Source: Acidimicrobiaceae bacterium (GTDB taxonomy: Bacteria > Actinomycetota > Acidimicrobiia > Actinomarinales > Actinomarinaceae). From it: 64,000 nucleotides of DNA. The translations under genes and the position numbers were made by a program. Within the stretch, counting starts at the first letter, position 1; the number at the start of each line of letters is the position of its first letter. This document shows positions 19,927 to 29,538 of the stretch, piece by piece. The notes beneath the pieces are model-generated. The model was not told the DNA's origin. It made no database searches and was given only the letters and a program-made list of their open reading frames with translations. The stretch is taken from the NCBI GenBank assembly GCA_028404505.1, contig JAOOBM010000003.1, positions 86,759 through 150,758 of the forward strand, written 5' to 3'.

Positions 19927-20728
19927 GTATTTTTTTGGTAGTGACAATAGGAGTATTCCTTACTTAAATACTTTAATAGAAAATTATGATTCAATAAAAG
20001 TCGTTACAACAGAGCCACGGAATACTGGCCGTGGTAGGAAGATTTTAAATAATCCGGTTGAAGATTATTGTAGGAATAATAATGTTGAATGTACTTACTT
20101 TTCTAATTCAAAATATTATGACGATATGGATTTTGGTATCTGCGTAAGTTTTGGATCTATTTTTTCAAATGATTTTCTTATTAAACATCCTTCAATTTTC
20201 AATATTCATTTAAGTATATTGCCTAATCTAGTGGGTCCATCCCCAGTTGAAACAACAATATTAAATGGGGATACACTATTTGGATATACGATTTTTAAAA
20301 TCATAAATGAGGTCGATAAAGGTCCAATACTTTTTACTAACCAATTTGATATTATTAACAATTATTCATCAAATGTATATGAAGAATTATCTGAAGATTT
20401 CAAAATAAATTTTGACAGCATCGACTTTAATTCTTCATTGAAAGAACAAGTCGGTGAAGTAACTAAAAGTTATAAATTCAACAAAAATGATTATTTAATA
20501 ACTAAAGAAGATACGCTCATCAACGCAAAAAATAAAATAAAAGCTTTTGATGTTTTAGGTCCTGCTTTTATTAAATACGATTCAAAAATAATTAAAATCC
20601 ATAAATATACTGAGGGTAATTCAAATTTTACATATGAATTAAAAGATGGACTCTTATATTTAGATGAAATAACACCTGAAGGGAAGAAAAGAATGAAAGC
20701 AAATGATTATATGCGTGGGCTTCAATGA
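19916..20728 (+). CDS. fmt: methionyl-tRNA formyltransferase (short form)
   Basis: I prefer the ATG at 19916 (MTYKYFFGSDN...), which aligns with the Fmt N-terminus and gives an 11-nt overlap with def. The ORF-track start at 19892 would add 8 non-conserved residues. A SIFNIHLSILP (HxSLLP-like) motif is present, and the gene sits in the def-fmt context. Confidence 0.8.
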   Translation: MTYKYFFGSDNRSIPYLNTLIENYDSIKVVTTEPRNTGRGRKILNNPVEDYCRNNNVECTYFSNSKYYDDMDFGICVSFGSIFSNDFLIKHPSIFNIHLSILPNLVGPSPVETTILNGDTLFGYTIFKIINEVDKGPILFTNQFDIINNYSSNVYEELSEDFKINFDSIDFNSSLKEQVGEVTKSYKFNKNDYLITKEDTLINAKNKIKAFDVLGPAFIKYDSKIIKIHKYTEGNSNFTYELKDGLLYLDEITPEGKKRMKANDYMRGLQ

Positions 20729-21315
20729 AAATATCAGCAAGTATTCAGGCATCGAATATATATAATCTTCTTGATGAATTAGAAAACTACAAAGATAGTT
20801 TTGATCAATTACATGTAGATATTACAGATGGTAATTTCACAGATAATATTTCCCTACCAGTATCAATTATTGAGTTCATCAAAACTAACACAGAATATGT
20901 TGTTGATACACATTTGATGTTAAATAACAACGAATTATTTACTAGCAAAGCGTTTGAATTTGGCTCAGATATAGTAACGGTACATTGTGAAACAACGTCA
21001 CCTGAATTATTTAGTTCACTAGTGAATAAACACAATAACGTTGGAATAGGTATATTACCGAGTACAGATATAAATGTTTTATCTGATTATATTGATAATG
21101 CATATAGCGTATTGTTGCTTACAGTAAATCCAGGATTCTCTAATCAAAACAAAGCAGTTAATTTATTAGATAGAATTACTGAATTTAAAAATACTTATCC
21201 TAATTACTCTAATTTATTAATTGTTGATGGAGGGGTTAAAAATGAAGAACTACAAACCTTGAGGGATTTAAAAGTTGATATAGCTGTTCAGGGAGGAGCT
21301 ATATTTGCTAAATAG
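20725..21315 (+). CDS. rpe: ribulose-phosphate 3-epimerase
   Basis: 196 aa with LHVDITDGNF, DTHLM, VHCE, TVNPGFSNQ and VDGGV motifs. It is in the fmt-rpe-ribD order, as in mycobacteria. Confidence 0.75.
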   Translation: MKISASIQASNIYNLLDELENYKDSFDQLHVDITDGNFTDNISLPVSIIEFIKTNTEYVVDTHLMLNNNELFTSKAFEFGSDIVTVHCETTSPELFSSLVNKHNNVGIGILPSTDINVLSDYIDNAYSVLLLTVNPGFSNQNKAVNLLDRITEFKNTYPNYSNLLIVDGGVKNEELQTLRDLKVDIAVQGGAIFAK

Positions 21316-22288
21316 CCTTCAATATCTCAATTTTTCTGAGCATATGATTGAAGCAATTAAATTTGCACTTAGATATGATCCATCTCCAAATCCAAGAGTC
21401 GGTGCTGTGCTGGTTGATAAAAATAATAAAATAAAAAAGTTAACTGCACATACAGAAAAAGATAAGGATCATGCTGAATATAATCTAGTTAAAAATACAG
21501 ATATTACAGAAAATGATACTTTATATGTTACATTAGAACCTTGTTTTCATGATGACACCTCACCATCTTGCGCAAATGCTGTTTTGGAAACAAATGTTCA
21601 AAATATAGTTGTTGGGGATATAGATCGTGATGAAAGAACTAATGGTAAAGGTATCGAACTTTTAAAGAATAACGATTTAAATGTATCTATTGAAAATGGT
21701 GTAAATGATTTTTTAAATCCTGGATACAAAATCAAAAATGATAAACCATACCTCATTGGTAAAGTAGCCACTTCAGCAGATCATATAATATACAATGAAA
21801 AAAAGAAGTATATTACCAATAAAGATTCATTAGAAATTACCCATTATTTAAGAGCAACCGTTGATTCCGTCATAATTGGAAAAAATACATTAAAAATTGA
21901 CGAACCAAAGTTGAATGTACGTCTAGATTATGAATATAAAAATCCTCAACCAGTTGTTTTGTGGGGCAATGACACTAAAGAGCTAAAAAAATATTCTAAT
22001 TCATTTAATAATTTTATATTTTATGTTGAGAATGACGAAGATTCATTTAGTAGCTTTCTAGAGAGACATTCAATAAAAAGTGGGTTAGTTGAAGGTGGTA
22101 ATTCTATTTTGTCTTATTTTCTAAATAAAGATATGATTGACGAATTTTATTTTTTTAAGTCATCAGAAAGCCTTGAAAGTGGATTGAAAATTGATAAAAC
22201 AATTGATGAATATATCAGTAATAACTTTAATTCTATTCGAGAATATCCCATTATTGATAATCTATTAACAACTTATACTAATAAGTAA
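21305..22288 (+). CDS. ribD: bifunctional riboflavin biosynthesis deaminase/reductase RibD
   Basis: 327 aa with the deaminase zinc motifs HAE and TLEPC....PSC, followed by a reductase-like C-terminal domain (EGG..). Confidence 0.85.
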   Translation: MLNSLQYLNFSEHMIEAIKFALRYDPSPNPRVGAVLVDKNNKIKKLTAHTEKDKDHAEYNLVKNTDITENDTLYVTLEPCFHDDTSPSCANAVLETNVQNIVVGDIDRDERTNGKGIELLKNNDLNVSIENGVNDFLNPGYKIKNDKPYLIGKVATSADHIIYNEKKKYITNKDSLEITHYLRATVDSVIIGKNTLKIDEPKLNVRLDYEYKNPQPVVLWGNDTKELKKYSNSFNNFIFYVENDEDSFSSFLERHSIKSGLVEGGNSILSYFLNKDMIDEFYFFKSSESLESGLKIDKTIDEYISNNFNSIREYPIIDNLLTTYTNK

Positions 22289-22866
22289 TGTTTACTGGAA
22301 TTATTAATTCGATTGGAAATATTGAATCAAGAAATATTGATGAAATACAGATAAGTACAGATAATGATTTATATCATGGATTGGAATCAGGTACTAGTAT
22401 TTCCGTAGATGGCACGTGTCTTACATTAAGAGACTACAATAATGATTTCTTAAATTTTCAAGTATCTGAAGAAACATTCAGTAGAACTGTGGCAAAAGAG
22501 TATGAAAAGGATGTTAAAACAAATTTAGAACTTCCTGCTACTTTAACTACTTTCTTAAGTGGACATATAGTACAAGGCCATGTTGATAATACATCTGTTG
22601 TAACAAACATTGTTGAAAACGATAATAATCTTTGGACATATCATTTTAAAAATACGGATACAAGATATATAGTTGATAAAGGTTCTGTAACTATAAATGG
22701 AATATCCTTAACTGTTGTTAATCCCAATAAAGACGAATTTAGTGTTGCAGTTATAAACGAGACATATCAAAGGACAAATTTAAAGTACCTTAAAATCGGA
22801 TCGATAGTTAACATTGAATATGACATACTTGCTAAATATATGGAAAGAATGATAAATGATAAGTGA
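22288..22866 (+). CDS. ribE: riboflavin synthase (alpha chain)
   Basis: 192 aa with an MFTGII N-terminus and duplicated lumazine-binding repeats (S.DGTCLT / TINGISLTV). Confidence 0.9.
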   Translation: MFTGIINSIGNIESRNIDEIQISTDNDLYHGLESGTSISVDGTCLTLRDYNNDFLNFQVSEETFSRTVAKEYEKDVKTNLELPATLTTFLSGHIVQGHVDNTSVVTNIVENDNNLWTYHFKNTDTRYIVDKGSVTINGISLTVVNPNKDEFSVAVINETYQRTNLKYLKIGSIVNIEYDILAKYMERMINDK

Positions 22867-24058
22867 CATAGAAGTTATTATCGAAAAATTTAAAAAAGGT
22901 GAGATGGTCATTCTCGTTGACGATGAAGATAGAGAGAATGAAGGTGATTTAATTGTATCTTCTCAGTACCTAACACCTGAACACATTAACTTTATGATAA
23001 CTTATGCAAAAGGTCTTGTGTGCGCACCAATCGCAAAAGATGTAGCAACAAAGTTAAAACTTTCATTAATGCAGGGTATTGATAATGAAGAAGATACACA
23101 ATTTACGACATCAGTTGATCTAATGGGAGATGGGGTTTCAACAGGAATTTCAGCAGATGATAGATTTAAAACAATAAAAGGTCTTAGTGATCCGAATGCT
23201 ACCAGACAAGATTTTAAAGTTCCAGGTCACGTCTTTCCTTTGCAGGCAATGGATGGAGGAGTATTAAGACGTGCTGGTCATACTGAAGCGGCTGTAGACT
23301 TATGTTTACTCGCAGATCATTATCCGGTAGCTGTTATTTGTGAAATAATAAATGATGATGGTTCAATGGCACGCATTGACGATCTAGTAAACTTTTCGAA
23401 AAAACACGATGTAGCTATTGGGACAATTAAAGACTTAATCGAATACAAATTGAAATTAACAAATCCTGTGTCTTTTGTATCTAAAGCAAAAGTGCCAACA
23501 GAATATGGTGAATTTATTGCGCATGTTTACAAAGACAATAATGATAATACTGAGCATATTGCATTGACATATGAGAATTACTTAGAAGGTGAGTCTTCAA
23601 TGGTAAGAGTGCACTCTGAATGTTTAACAGGTGATGTATTTAGTTCAAATAAATGTGATTGTGGATATCAGTTAGATAGTGCATTAGAAACTATTGTAAA
23701 TAATGGTTCCGGTGTTCTTCTGTATATGAGAGGACATGAAGGAAGGGGAATAGGTTTAGGAAATAAGATTAAAGCATACTCATTACAAGATGAAGGTGCA
23801 GATACGGTTGAAGCAAACATTCAACTTGGTTTTGAAATGGATCAAAGAGATTATGGAACTGGTGCCTTGATACTTAGAGATTTAGGAATTACTAATATGA
23901 ATTTACTCACAAATAATCCAAGCAAAAGAGCAGGTTTAGAAGGTTTTGGTTTAAATATTGTAAAAAGAACACCACTTAAGGGAAAGACAACACCAGAGAA
24001 TACTTCATATCTTGAGACAAAAGAAAACAAGATGGGTCATAATTTTAATGAAGAATAA
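22856..24058 (+). CDS. ribBA: bifunctional 3,4-dihydroxy-2-butanone-4-phosphate synthase / GTP cyclohydrolase II
   Basis: 400 aa. The DHBP synthase part has DDEDRENEGDL and RAGHTEA. The GTP cyclohydrolase II part has RVHSECLTGDVF...CDCG and EGRGIGL. Confidence 0.95.
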   Translation: MISDIEVIIEKFKKGEMVILVDDEDRENEGDLIVSSQYLTPEHINFMITYAKGLVCAPIAKDVATKLKLSLMQGIDNEEDTQFTTSVDLMGDGVSTGISADDRFKTIKGLSDPNATRQDFKVPGHVFPLQAMDGGVLRRAGHTEAAVDLCLLADHYPVAVICEIINDDGSMARIDDLVNFSKKHDVAIGTIKDLIEYKLKLTNPVSFVSKAKVPTEYGEFIAHVYKDNNDNTEHIALTYENYLEGESSMVRVHSECLTGDVFSSNKCDCGYQLDSALETIVNNGSGVLLYMRGHEGRGIGLGNKIKAYSLQDEGADTVEANIQLGFEMDQRDYGTGALILRDLGITNMNLLTNNPSKRAGLEGFGLNIVKRTPLKGKTTPENTSYLETKENKMGHNFNEE

Positions 24059-24446
24059 AGTAGCAATTGTTTATTCAGATTATTACAAAGATGTCACAAG
24101 TGGTTTATTAGATGGATTCAATAATTCAATTGATTCAACTTTTGAATGTGATGAATTTAAGGTAAGTGGTAGCTGGGAAATCATATACAAAATTAATTCA
24201 CTAATAGACGAATACGATAAATTTGTAGCTATTGGAGTCATTGTTAAAGGTGAGACAGATCATTATGAATTTTTATCTTCAAGTATTGCTAATCAATTAT
24301 TAAATTTAACAACAACAAAAAATGTATATATATCAAACTGTGTCTTAAACGTATTAAATATTGACCAAGCAACTGAAAGAGCTGGGTCTGAAAAAAATAA
24401 GGGTGCTGAATCTGCACAAGCTTTAAATAATCTTTTTATTACATAA
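24048..24446 (+). CDS. ribH: 6,7-dimethyl-8-ribityllumazine synthase
   Basis: I prefer the ATG at 24048 (MKNKVAIVYS...), giving an 11-nt overlap with ribBA. Motifs include GSWEI, AIGVIVKGETDHYEF and ..QATERAG...KGAE. The ORF-track start at 24012 adds 12 residues that lie inside ribBA. Confidence 0.85.
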   Translation: MKNKVAIVYSDYYKDVTSGLLDGFNNSIDSTFECDEFKVSGSWEIIYKINSLIDEYDKFVAIGVIVKGETDHYEFLSSSIANQLLNLTTTKNVYISNCVLNVLNIDQATERAGSEKNKGAESAQALNNLFIT

Positions 24447-24517
24447 TAAAATTTAAGTTATATAATTAATTTTAAGCGAACGATGTTCCACCTACTGTGA
24501 AAAATAGTATGGTAAGT

Positions 24518-24543
24518 AAAAACAGCTTCGTGCTGTTTTTTTT
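24518..24543 (+). terminator. intrinsic terminator-like hairpin (AAAAACAGC-TTCGT-GCTGTTTTT) with a T8 run, ending directly at the infC ATG
   Basis: An inverted repeat ACAGC/GCTGT, extended by A/T pairs, is followed by 8 T. It is the only recognisable terminator between 345 and 30716. Confidence 0.5.
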
Positions 24544-25074
24544 ATGAAAGGGAAACAAATAGCAGAATTAAATGTGAACGAGGAGATAAAATCCAAGAAA
24601 CTATTGGTAATTGCTCCAGATGGCGTTCAAGTTGGAGAATTAGAACTTAAAAAAGCACTTATATTGGCTGAAGAACTTGAACTTGATCTTGTTGAAGTCT
24701 CTCCAGAAAGTAAGCCGCCTGTTGCTCGATTAATGGATTATGGCAAATATAAATATGAACTTAATCAAAAAGCAAGAGAGTCAAGAAAAAAACAAGTAAA
24801 AATTAATGTAAAGGAAATACAACTGAAACCAAAGATTGATACACACGATTACAAAATTAAATTAAATCAGTCAAAAAAGTTTTTAGAAGATGGAGATAAA
24901 GTGAAATTTACTATGAGATTTAGAGGTAGGGAAGCAGAATATCCTGAATTAGGACAAAAAATCCTAGACAATTTTAGAGATGAACTTGTTGATTTAGCAA
25001 TGGTTGAATCTACTTCTAGACCAGATGGTAGATCATTAACAATGGTACTAGCACCTAACGGAGGTAAAAAATGA
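24544..25074 (+). CDS. infC: translation initiation factor IF-3
   Basis: 176 aa with N-terminal NEEIKSKKLLVIAPDG.Q.G and a C-terminal domain (VKEIQLKPKIDTHDY..K). It is in the infC-rpmI-rplT order. Confidence 0.9.
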   Translation: MKGKQIAELNVNEEIKSKKLLVIAPDGVQVGELELKKALILAEELELDLVEVSPESKPPVARLMDYGKYKYELNQKARESRKKQVKINVKEIQLKPKIDTHDYKIKLNQSKKFLEDGDKVKFTMRFRGREAEYPELGQKILDNFRDELVDLAMVESTSRPDGRSLTMVLAPNGGKK

Positions 25075-25259
25075 AACATAAAACTCATAAAGGAATGAAA
25101 AAAAGAATAAGAGTTAGTGGTACTGGAAAATTTATGCGAAGGCGTGCTCATAGATCACATTATAAATTGGCTAAAGGTAGCAACTCTTGGTCAAGATTAA
25201 AAAGAGATGTTGAATCATCTAAGGGTGATTCAAAAAAAATAAGAAAGTTGTTGAGTTAA
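25071..25259 (+). CDS. rpmI: 50S ribosomal protein L35
   Basis: 62 aa and very basic, with the KTHKGMKKRIRVSGTGKFMRRRAHRSH motif. Confidence 0.9.
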   Translation: MKHKTHKGMKKRIRVSGTGKFMRRRAHRSHYKLAKGSNSWSRLKRDVESSKGDSKKIRKLLS

Positions 25260-25619
25260 ATGGTAAGAGTAAGAAGATCAGTAAGTAGTAGAAAGTCAAG
25301 AAAAAAGATTCTCAAACAAGCTAAAGGTTATACAGGAGCTAGAAGCAAGCGTTTAAGGACCGCTAAAGAACAAGTGATGCATGCAGGTAATGACGCCTTT
25401 GCTCATCGTAAAGACAAGAAAGCAACATATCGAAAAATATGGATATCTAGAATTAATGCAGCATCAAGACAACATGGTTTGTCATATTCAAAATTTATTA
25501 ACGGTCTAACAAACGCTCAAGTCAAAGTTGATAGAAAAATATTGGCTGATTTAGCTATCAATGATCCTGATGGATTTAAGAAACTTGTAGATTTAGCTAA
25601 AAAAAATATAAATGCCTGA
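25260..25619 (+). CDS. rplT: 50S ribosomal protein L20
   Basis: 119 aa, with MVRVRRSV.SRKSRKKILKQAKGY.GARS... and RINAA.R..GLSYS.FI.GL motifs. Confidence 0.95.
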   Translation: MVRVRRSVSSRKSRKKILKQAKGYTGARSKRLRTAKEQVMHAGNDAFAHRKDKKATYRKIWISRINAASRQHGLSYSKFINGLTNAQVKVDRKILADLAINDPDGFKKLVDLAKKNINA

Positions 25620-26604
25620 GGTTAATACCGATAAAATATTTGCCGCTTTTTTACTAAGACTTGAAGAAGTTGCTCAAATCGAAGATTTCGATGACATTGA
25701 GAAAGAATTTCTTGGTAAAAATTCCTTATTGTCAGAAGAAAGAAAATCATTATCTTCATTAAATGAAGTATCTAGAAAAAAGTATGGAAAATTACTTCAA
25801 GATCTTGCAAATAATATCACCTCAAAATTAGAAGAAGAGAAAACCACTTTCAAATCTAAATTTTTTATTCAAAAAGAACTAAATGATAATAAAGACATTT
25901 CCATAGATTGGTACAAAAACTTAGGTAGCAAAAATCATGTTTTAACAAATGTAATGAATGAAGTAGTTGATATTTTTGCAGCTATTGGTTATACAGTTGC
26001 AACTGGACCTGAAGCAGAAACTTCCTGGCATAATTTTGATGCATTAAATACACCAGACTGGCATCCTGCAAGATATGAATCAGACACATTATATTTAGAC
26101 AACAAACTTGAAAAATTACTAAGGACACAAACAAGTACTGTTCAAGTAAGACATATGCAAAACAATAATCCGCCTGTTTATATTGTTGCTCCAGGAAGAG
26201 TTTACAGATCAGACCAACTTGATGCTACCCACTCACCAGTTTTTCATCAAATAGAAGGTTTAGCTGTAGATCAAAACTTAACGTTTTCTGATTTAAAAGG
26301 AACACTAGAGTATTTTGTTAAAGAATTTTTTGGAAAAGACTTAAAGACAAAGTTTATTCCCCATTTTTTTCCATTCACTGAACCATCAGCTGAAGTTTTA
26401 GTTAGTTGGAAAGATGGAGAATGGCTTGAAATTCTTGGATGTGGAATGGTAGATCCTAACGTTTTCAAACATGTTGGATATGACACAGATTCCCAAGGAT
26501 TCGCGTTTGGTGTAGGTGTTGAGAGATTAGCAATGATTAGATATGGAATTGATCATATAAAAAACTTTTATGAAAATGACTTAAGGTTTTTAAGGCAGTT
26601 TTAA
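25612..26604 (+). CDS. pheS: phenylalanine--tRNA ligase alpha subunit
   Basis: 330 aa with HPAR, LRTQTS, FHQIEG, FPFTEPSAEV and GCGMVDPNV motifs. Confidence 0.95.
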   Translation: MPEVNTDKIFAAFLLRLEEVAQIEDFDDIEKEFLGKNSLLSEERKSLSSLNEVSRKKYGKLLQDLANNITSKLEEEKTTFKSKFFIQKELNDNKDISIDWYKNLGSKNHVLTNVMNEVVDIFAAIGYTVATGPEAETSWHNFDALNTPDWHPARYESDTLYLDNKLEKLLRTQTSTVQVRHMQNNNPPVYIVAPGRVYRSDQLDATHSPVFHQIEGLAVDQNLTFSDLKGTLEYFVKEFFGKDLKTKFIPHFFPFTEPSAEVLVSWKDGEWLEILGCGMVDPNVFKHVGYDTDSQGFAFGVGVERLAMIRYGIDHIKNFYENDLRFLRQF

Positions 26605-28970
26605 TGAAAATATTGAAATCTTGGCTTAACGATTGGATAGATATTGAAAATATATCTAATTCTGACATTTCTGAGGCTTTAGAAAGTTTAGGTTTCGAAA
26701 TAGAACACAAAAAGGAACTAAATCCTAATTATGAAAACATCGTTGTAGGTAAAGTACTTGAGGTATATGAACATCCTAATGCTGACAAAGTTCGTATTAC
26801 TAAAACTGATGTTGGTAATAATATTTATGAAATTGTTTGTGGAGCTTGGAATTTTGACGCAGGAGCAGTCGTTCCCGTTGCGTTACCAAATTCAGAGATA
26901 AAAGATAATTTTAAAATCGACAAACGTGACATTAGAGGAGTTCAATCAAATGGGATGATTTGTTCAGCTTCAGAACTTGATCTTTGGGATGATCACGATG
27001 GAATACTTCTATTGGATGACAAACTACTTCCAGGAACTGATTTTTCTACAATCTATTCAAGCAATGATTTCATATGGGAAGTTGGTGTTACACCAAATAG
27101 AGGAGACTGTATGTCTTATTTGGGTATTGCAAGGGAACTTTCGGGATATTTCAATAAAAAACTAAAGACTAAAAAATCAAATCTGAAACCAACAATTTCA
27201 AATATTTTGAATGCTGACAGTGGAAAAATTAAAGAATGTAACTCTTATGGTTCAGTAGAAATAGAAAACTTTAATGTAACTACCTCTTCTTTTGAAATGA
27301 GATACAGGCTCACACAGGTTGGAACAAGGATTATTAATAATGTGGTCGACATAACCAATTACATTTTATATGACATCGGTCAACCACTACATGCTTTTGA
27401 TAGAGATAAATTATTTGGAACAATATCTGTAAGAAAAGCTAAAAATAACGAGAAAATTACAACACTTGACTCTCAAGTGAGAAAATTAGATTCAAATGAT
27501 CTTGTAATTACTGATAATGATAAGCCAATTGCTTTAGCCGGAGTAATGGGGGGATTAGAAACTGAAGTATCAGAGGCCACCACAAATCTTCTTATTGAAA
27601 GTGCGTATTTTGATAAAGTATCCATTATGAAAACTTCAAGGAAATTGAACTTGATATCTGACGCATCCATACGGTTTGAAAGAGGTATTGATTATAAAAT
27701 TCAGAGATATGGCTTAGAACGTTTTTTAATGGAATTAAAAGATAATCAAGCTATTAATTATTCAGAAATAAATGTTGATGATAAAGGCAGCTTGAAAAAT
27801 AAGAAGGTAATTCTTAAATATTCAGAAATTAAAAAACTACTTGGTATTGATTTAAAAGAATCATTTATTAAGAAAGTTCTAAAATTTTTAATGATCGATT
27901 CTGAAGTTAATAAAGAGAGTGTGAAATTCACACCACCCTCATGGCGATATGATCTAGATAGACCAGTGGACCTTATAGAAGAATTTGCAAAACACTATGG
28001 TTTTAATAATTTTGAATCAACTCTACCTCAGGGAGTTCACAAAAATAATAAAGGAAGTTATTGGGATCTTAAGAGTTACTTATCAAGTGTTCTAACTTCC
28101 AATAATTTTCAAGAAGTCCAAACATTAAGCTTTGTAAATAATGAAAAGAATTTTTTATTCAATCCAGAAAAAAAATATGTTGAGATATTTAATGCAATAG
28201 ATCAATCAAGTAAATTTATGAGATCAAACCTATTGTCTAGTTTGATAGATGTTTATAAATTAAATTACGATCAAAATAATTTATCAAATAGTTATTTCGA
28301 AATAAATACTGTTTTTGATACATCTAAAAATAAAATTTACGAGGATGTACCTAATCAGAATATTGTTTTAGGATTTCTGACATCTTCTACCTTATCAAAT
28401 ACGGATACTAGGTTAAAAGATCAAGAATTAGATCTTTACTATGTAAAAAACATATTAACTCAATTACTAAGCTCATATGACCTTGAACCGATTACGAAAC
28501 CTGGATTTCATCAAAATTATTCATTTTCAATTATTAAAAATGGTCAAATTATCGGGCATTTTGGACAACTTGCATCAGAGACACAAATGACGCTTGAATT
28601 TAACAATGAAATATATTTAGGTGAAATTTATATTACTAAACTTAAATTAAATAACCTTAAAGAAATAAACTATGTACCACTTTCGCAATATCCATTTGTA
28701 AAATTTGATTTGTCTTTTTCTGTGCCAATTGATTTATCTGCTCATCTTTTAGTTGATGAAATTAATGAATTACTTACAGAGAATGAAAATTCAATCGAAA
28801 TTTTTGATGATTTTCAACAAGAGAATTCAAGAAATTTAGGAATTAGAATAATTACAAGAAGCTATGAGAAAACATACGACGATAATGAAACAAGAGAGAT
28901 TCTAATGAATATATCGCAAACTTTGGAGTCTAAATTTAACATAACACTCAACTCAAGTAAAAATGACTGA
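26604..28970 (+). CDS. pheT: phenylalanine--tRNA ligase beta subunit
   Basis: 788 aa with an N-terminal tRNA-binding OB domain (VVGKVLEVYEHPNADKV), B3/4 and B5 domains and a C-terminal FDX-ACB-like domain. It forms a TAATG junction with pheS. Confidence 0.9.
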   Translation: MKILKSWLNDWIDIENISNSDISEALESLGFEIEHKKELNPNYENIVVGKVLEVYEHPNADKVRITKTDVGNNIYEIVCGAWNFDAGAVVPVALPNSEIKDNFKIDKRDIRGVQSNGMICSASELDLWDDHDGILLLDDKLLPGTDFSTIYSSNDFIWEVGVTPNRGDCMSYLGIARELSGYFNKKLKTKKSNLKPTISNILNADSGKIKECNSYGSVEIENFNVTTSSFEMRYRLTQVGTRIINNVVDITNYILYDIGQPLHAFDRDKLFGTISVRKAKNNEKITTLDSQVRKLDSNDLVITDNDKPIALAGVMGGLETEVSEATTNLLIESAYFDKVSIMKTSRKLNLISDASIRFERGIDYKIQRYGLERFLMELKDNQAINYSEINVDDKGSLKNKKVILKYSEIKKLLGIDLKESFIKKVLKFLMIDSEVNKESVKFTPPSWRYDLDRPVDLIEEFAKHYGFNNFESTLPQGVHKNNKGSYWDLKSYLSSVLTSNNFQEVQTLSFVNNEKNFLFNPEKKYVEIFNAIDQSSKFMRSNLLSSLIDVYKLNYDQNNLSNSYFEINTVFDTSKNKIYEDVPNQNIVLGFLTSSTLSNTDTRLKDQELDLYYVKNILTQLLSSYDLEPITKPGFHQNYSFSIIKNGQIIGHFGQLASETQMTLEFNNEIYLGEIYITKLKLNNLKEINYVPLSQYPFVKFDLSFSVPIDLSAHLLVDEINELLTENENSIEIFDDFQQENSRNLGIRIITRSYEKTYDDNETREILMNISQTLESKFNITLNSSKND

Positions 28971-29538
28971 TAACTTAGGATTAAACAATAGAGTTTATCA
29001 AATTCTTTCACAAAACTCACAAAAAGCTGCTGTAGATATTTTAGGTATGAGAATATCAACAAAGTATAAAAATAAATTTACTGAAATTATGATTACCGAA
29101 ACTGAAGCCTTTGGAACTGCCAAAGCTGACGAGATGTCATTAGCGAACCAGCTAAATAGAAAAATACCAATATCTCTGCCTCTTGGACCACCTCATGTAA
29201 TGGTTCTTAAAACTTATGGTTCAAACAATAGTCTTTATTTTTTAACTTCGAAAGAAGGGTCATGCCAAGCTGTTCTTATTAGATCTGGAAAAGTAATTTT
29301 AGGTAAAAATTATGTAGAAACAAGAAGAAAACAAAAAATGAAAAATGACAATATATACGGGCCAGGAAATATAACTAAAGCATTAGGTATTGATATTGAA
29401 CAAGATGGAGAGAACCTATTAGATGGTTCAATTGCTTTATCACCAAGAATACATCCTGTTGACAGAGCAATTGCAAAACAAAGAAAAAATTCTAAACCTC
29501 GTGATAAACACTTATGGAGATTTACACTGGTCTTATAA
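28963..29538 (+). CDS. mpg: DNA-3-methyladenine glycosylase (Mpg/AAG family)
   Basis: 191 aa with ITETEAFG, AVLIRSG and GPGNITKALGID motifs of the AAG/Mpg family. The adjacency to tyrS matches M. tuberculosis mpg-tyrS. Confidence 0.75.
   Translation: MTDNLGLNNRVYQILSQNSQKAAVDILGMRISTKYKNKFTEIMITETEAFGTAKADEMSLANQLNRKIPISLPLGPPHVMVLKTYGSNNSLYFLTSKEGSCQAVLIRSGKVILGKNYVETRRKQKMKNDNIYGPGNITKALGIDIEQDGENLLDGSIALSPRIHPVDRAIAKQRKNSKPRDKHLWRFTLVL

Noticed and set aside
21200-21400. An FMN riboswitch expected upstream of the rib operon.
   Set aside because: ribD overlaps rpe by 11 nt, so there is no leader at all. No FMN-element-like conserved sequence was seen anywhere near the rib genes.
26977-27165. 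A 62-aa + strand ORF inside pheT.
   Set aside because: It is out of frame within a strongly supported 788-aa pheT and has no independent signals.
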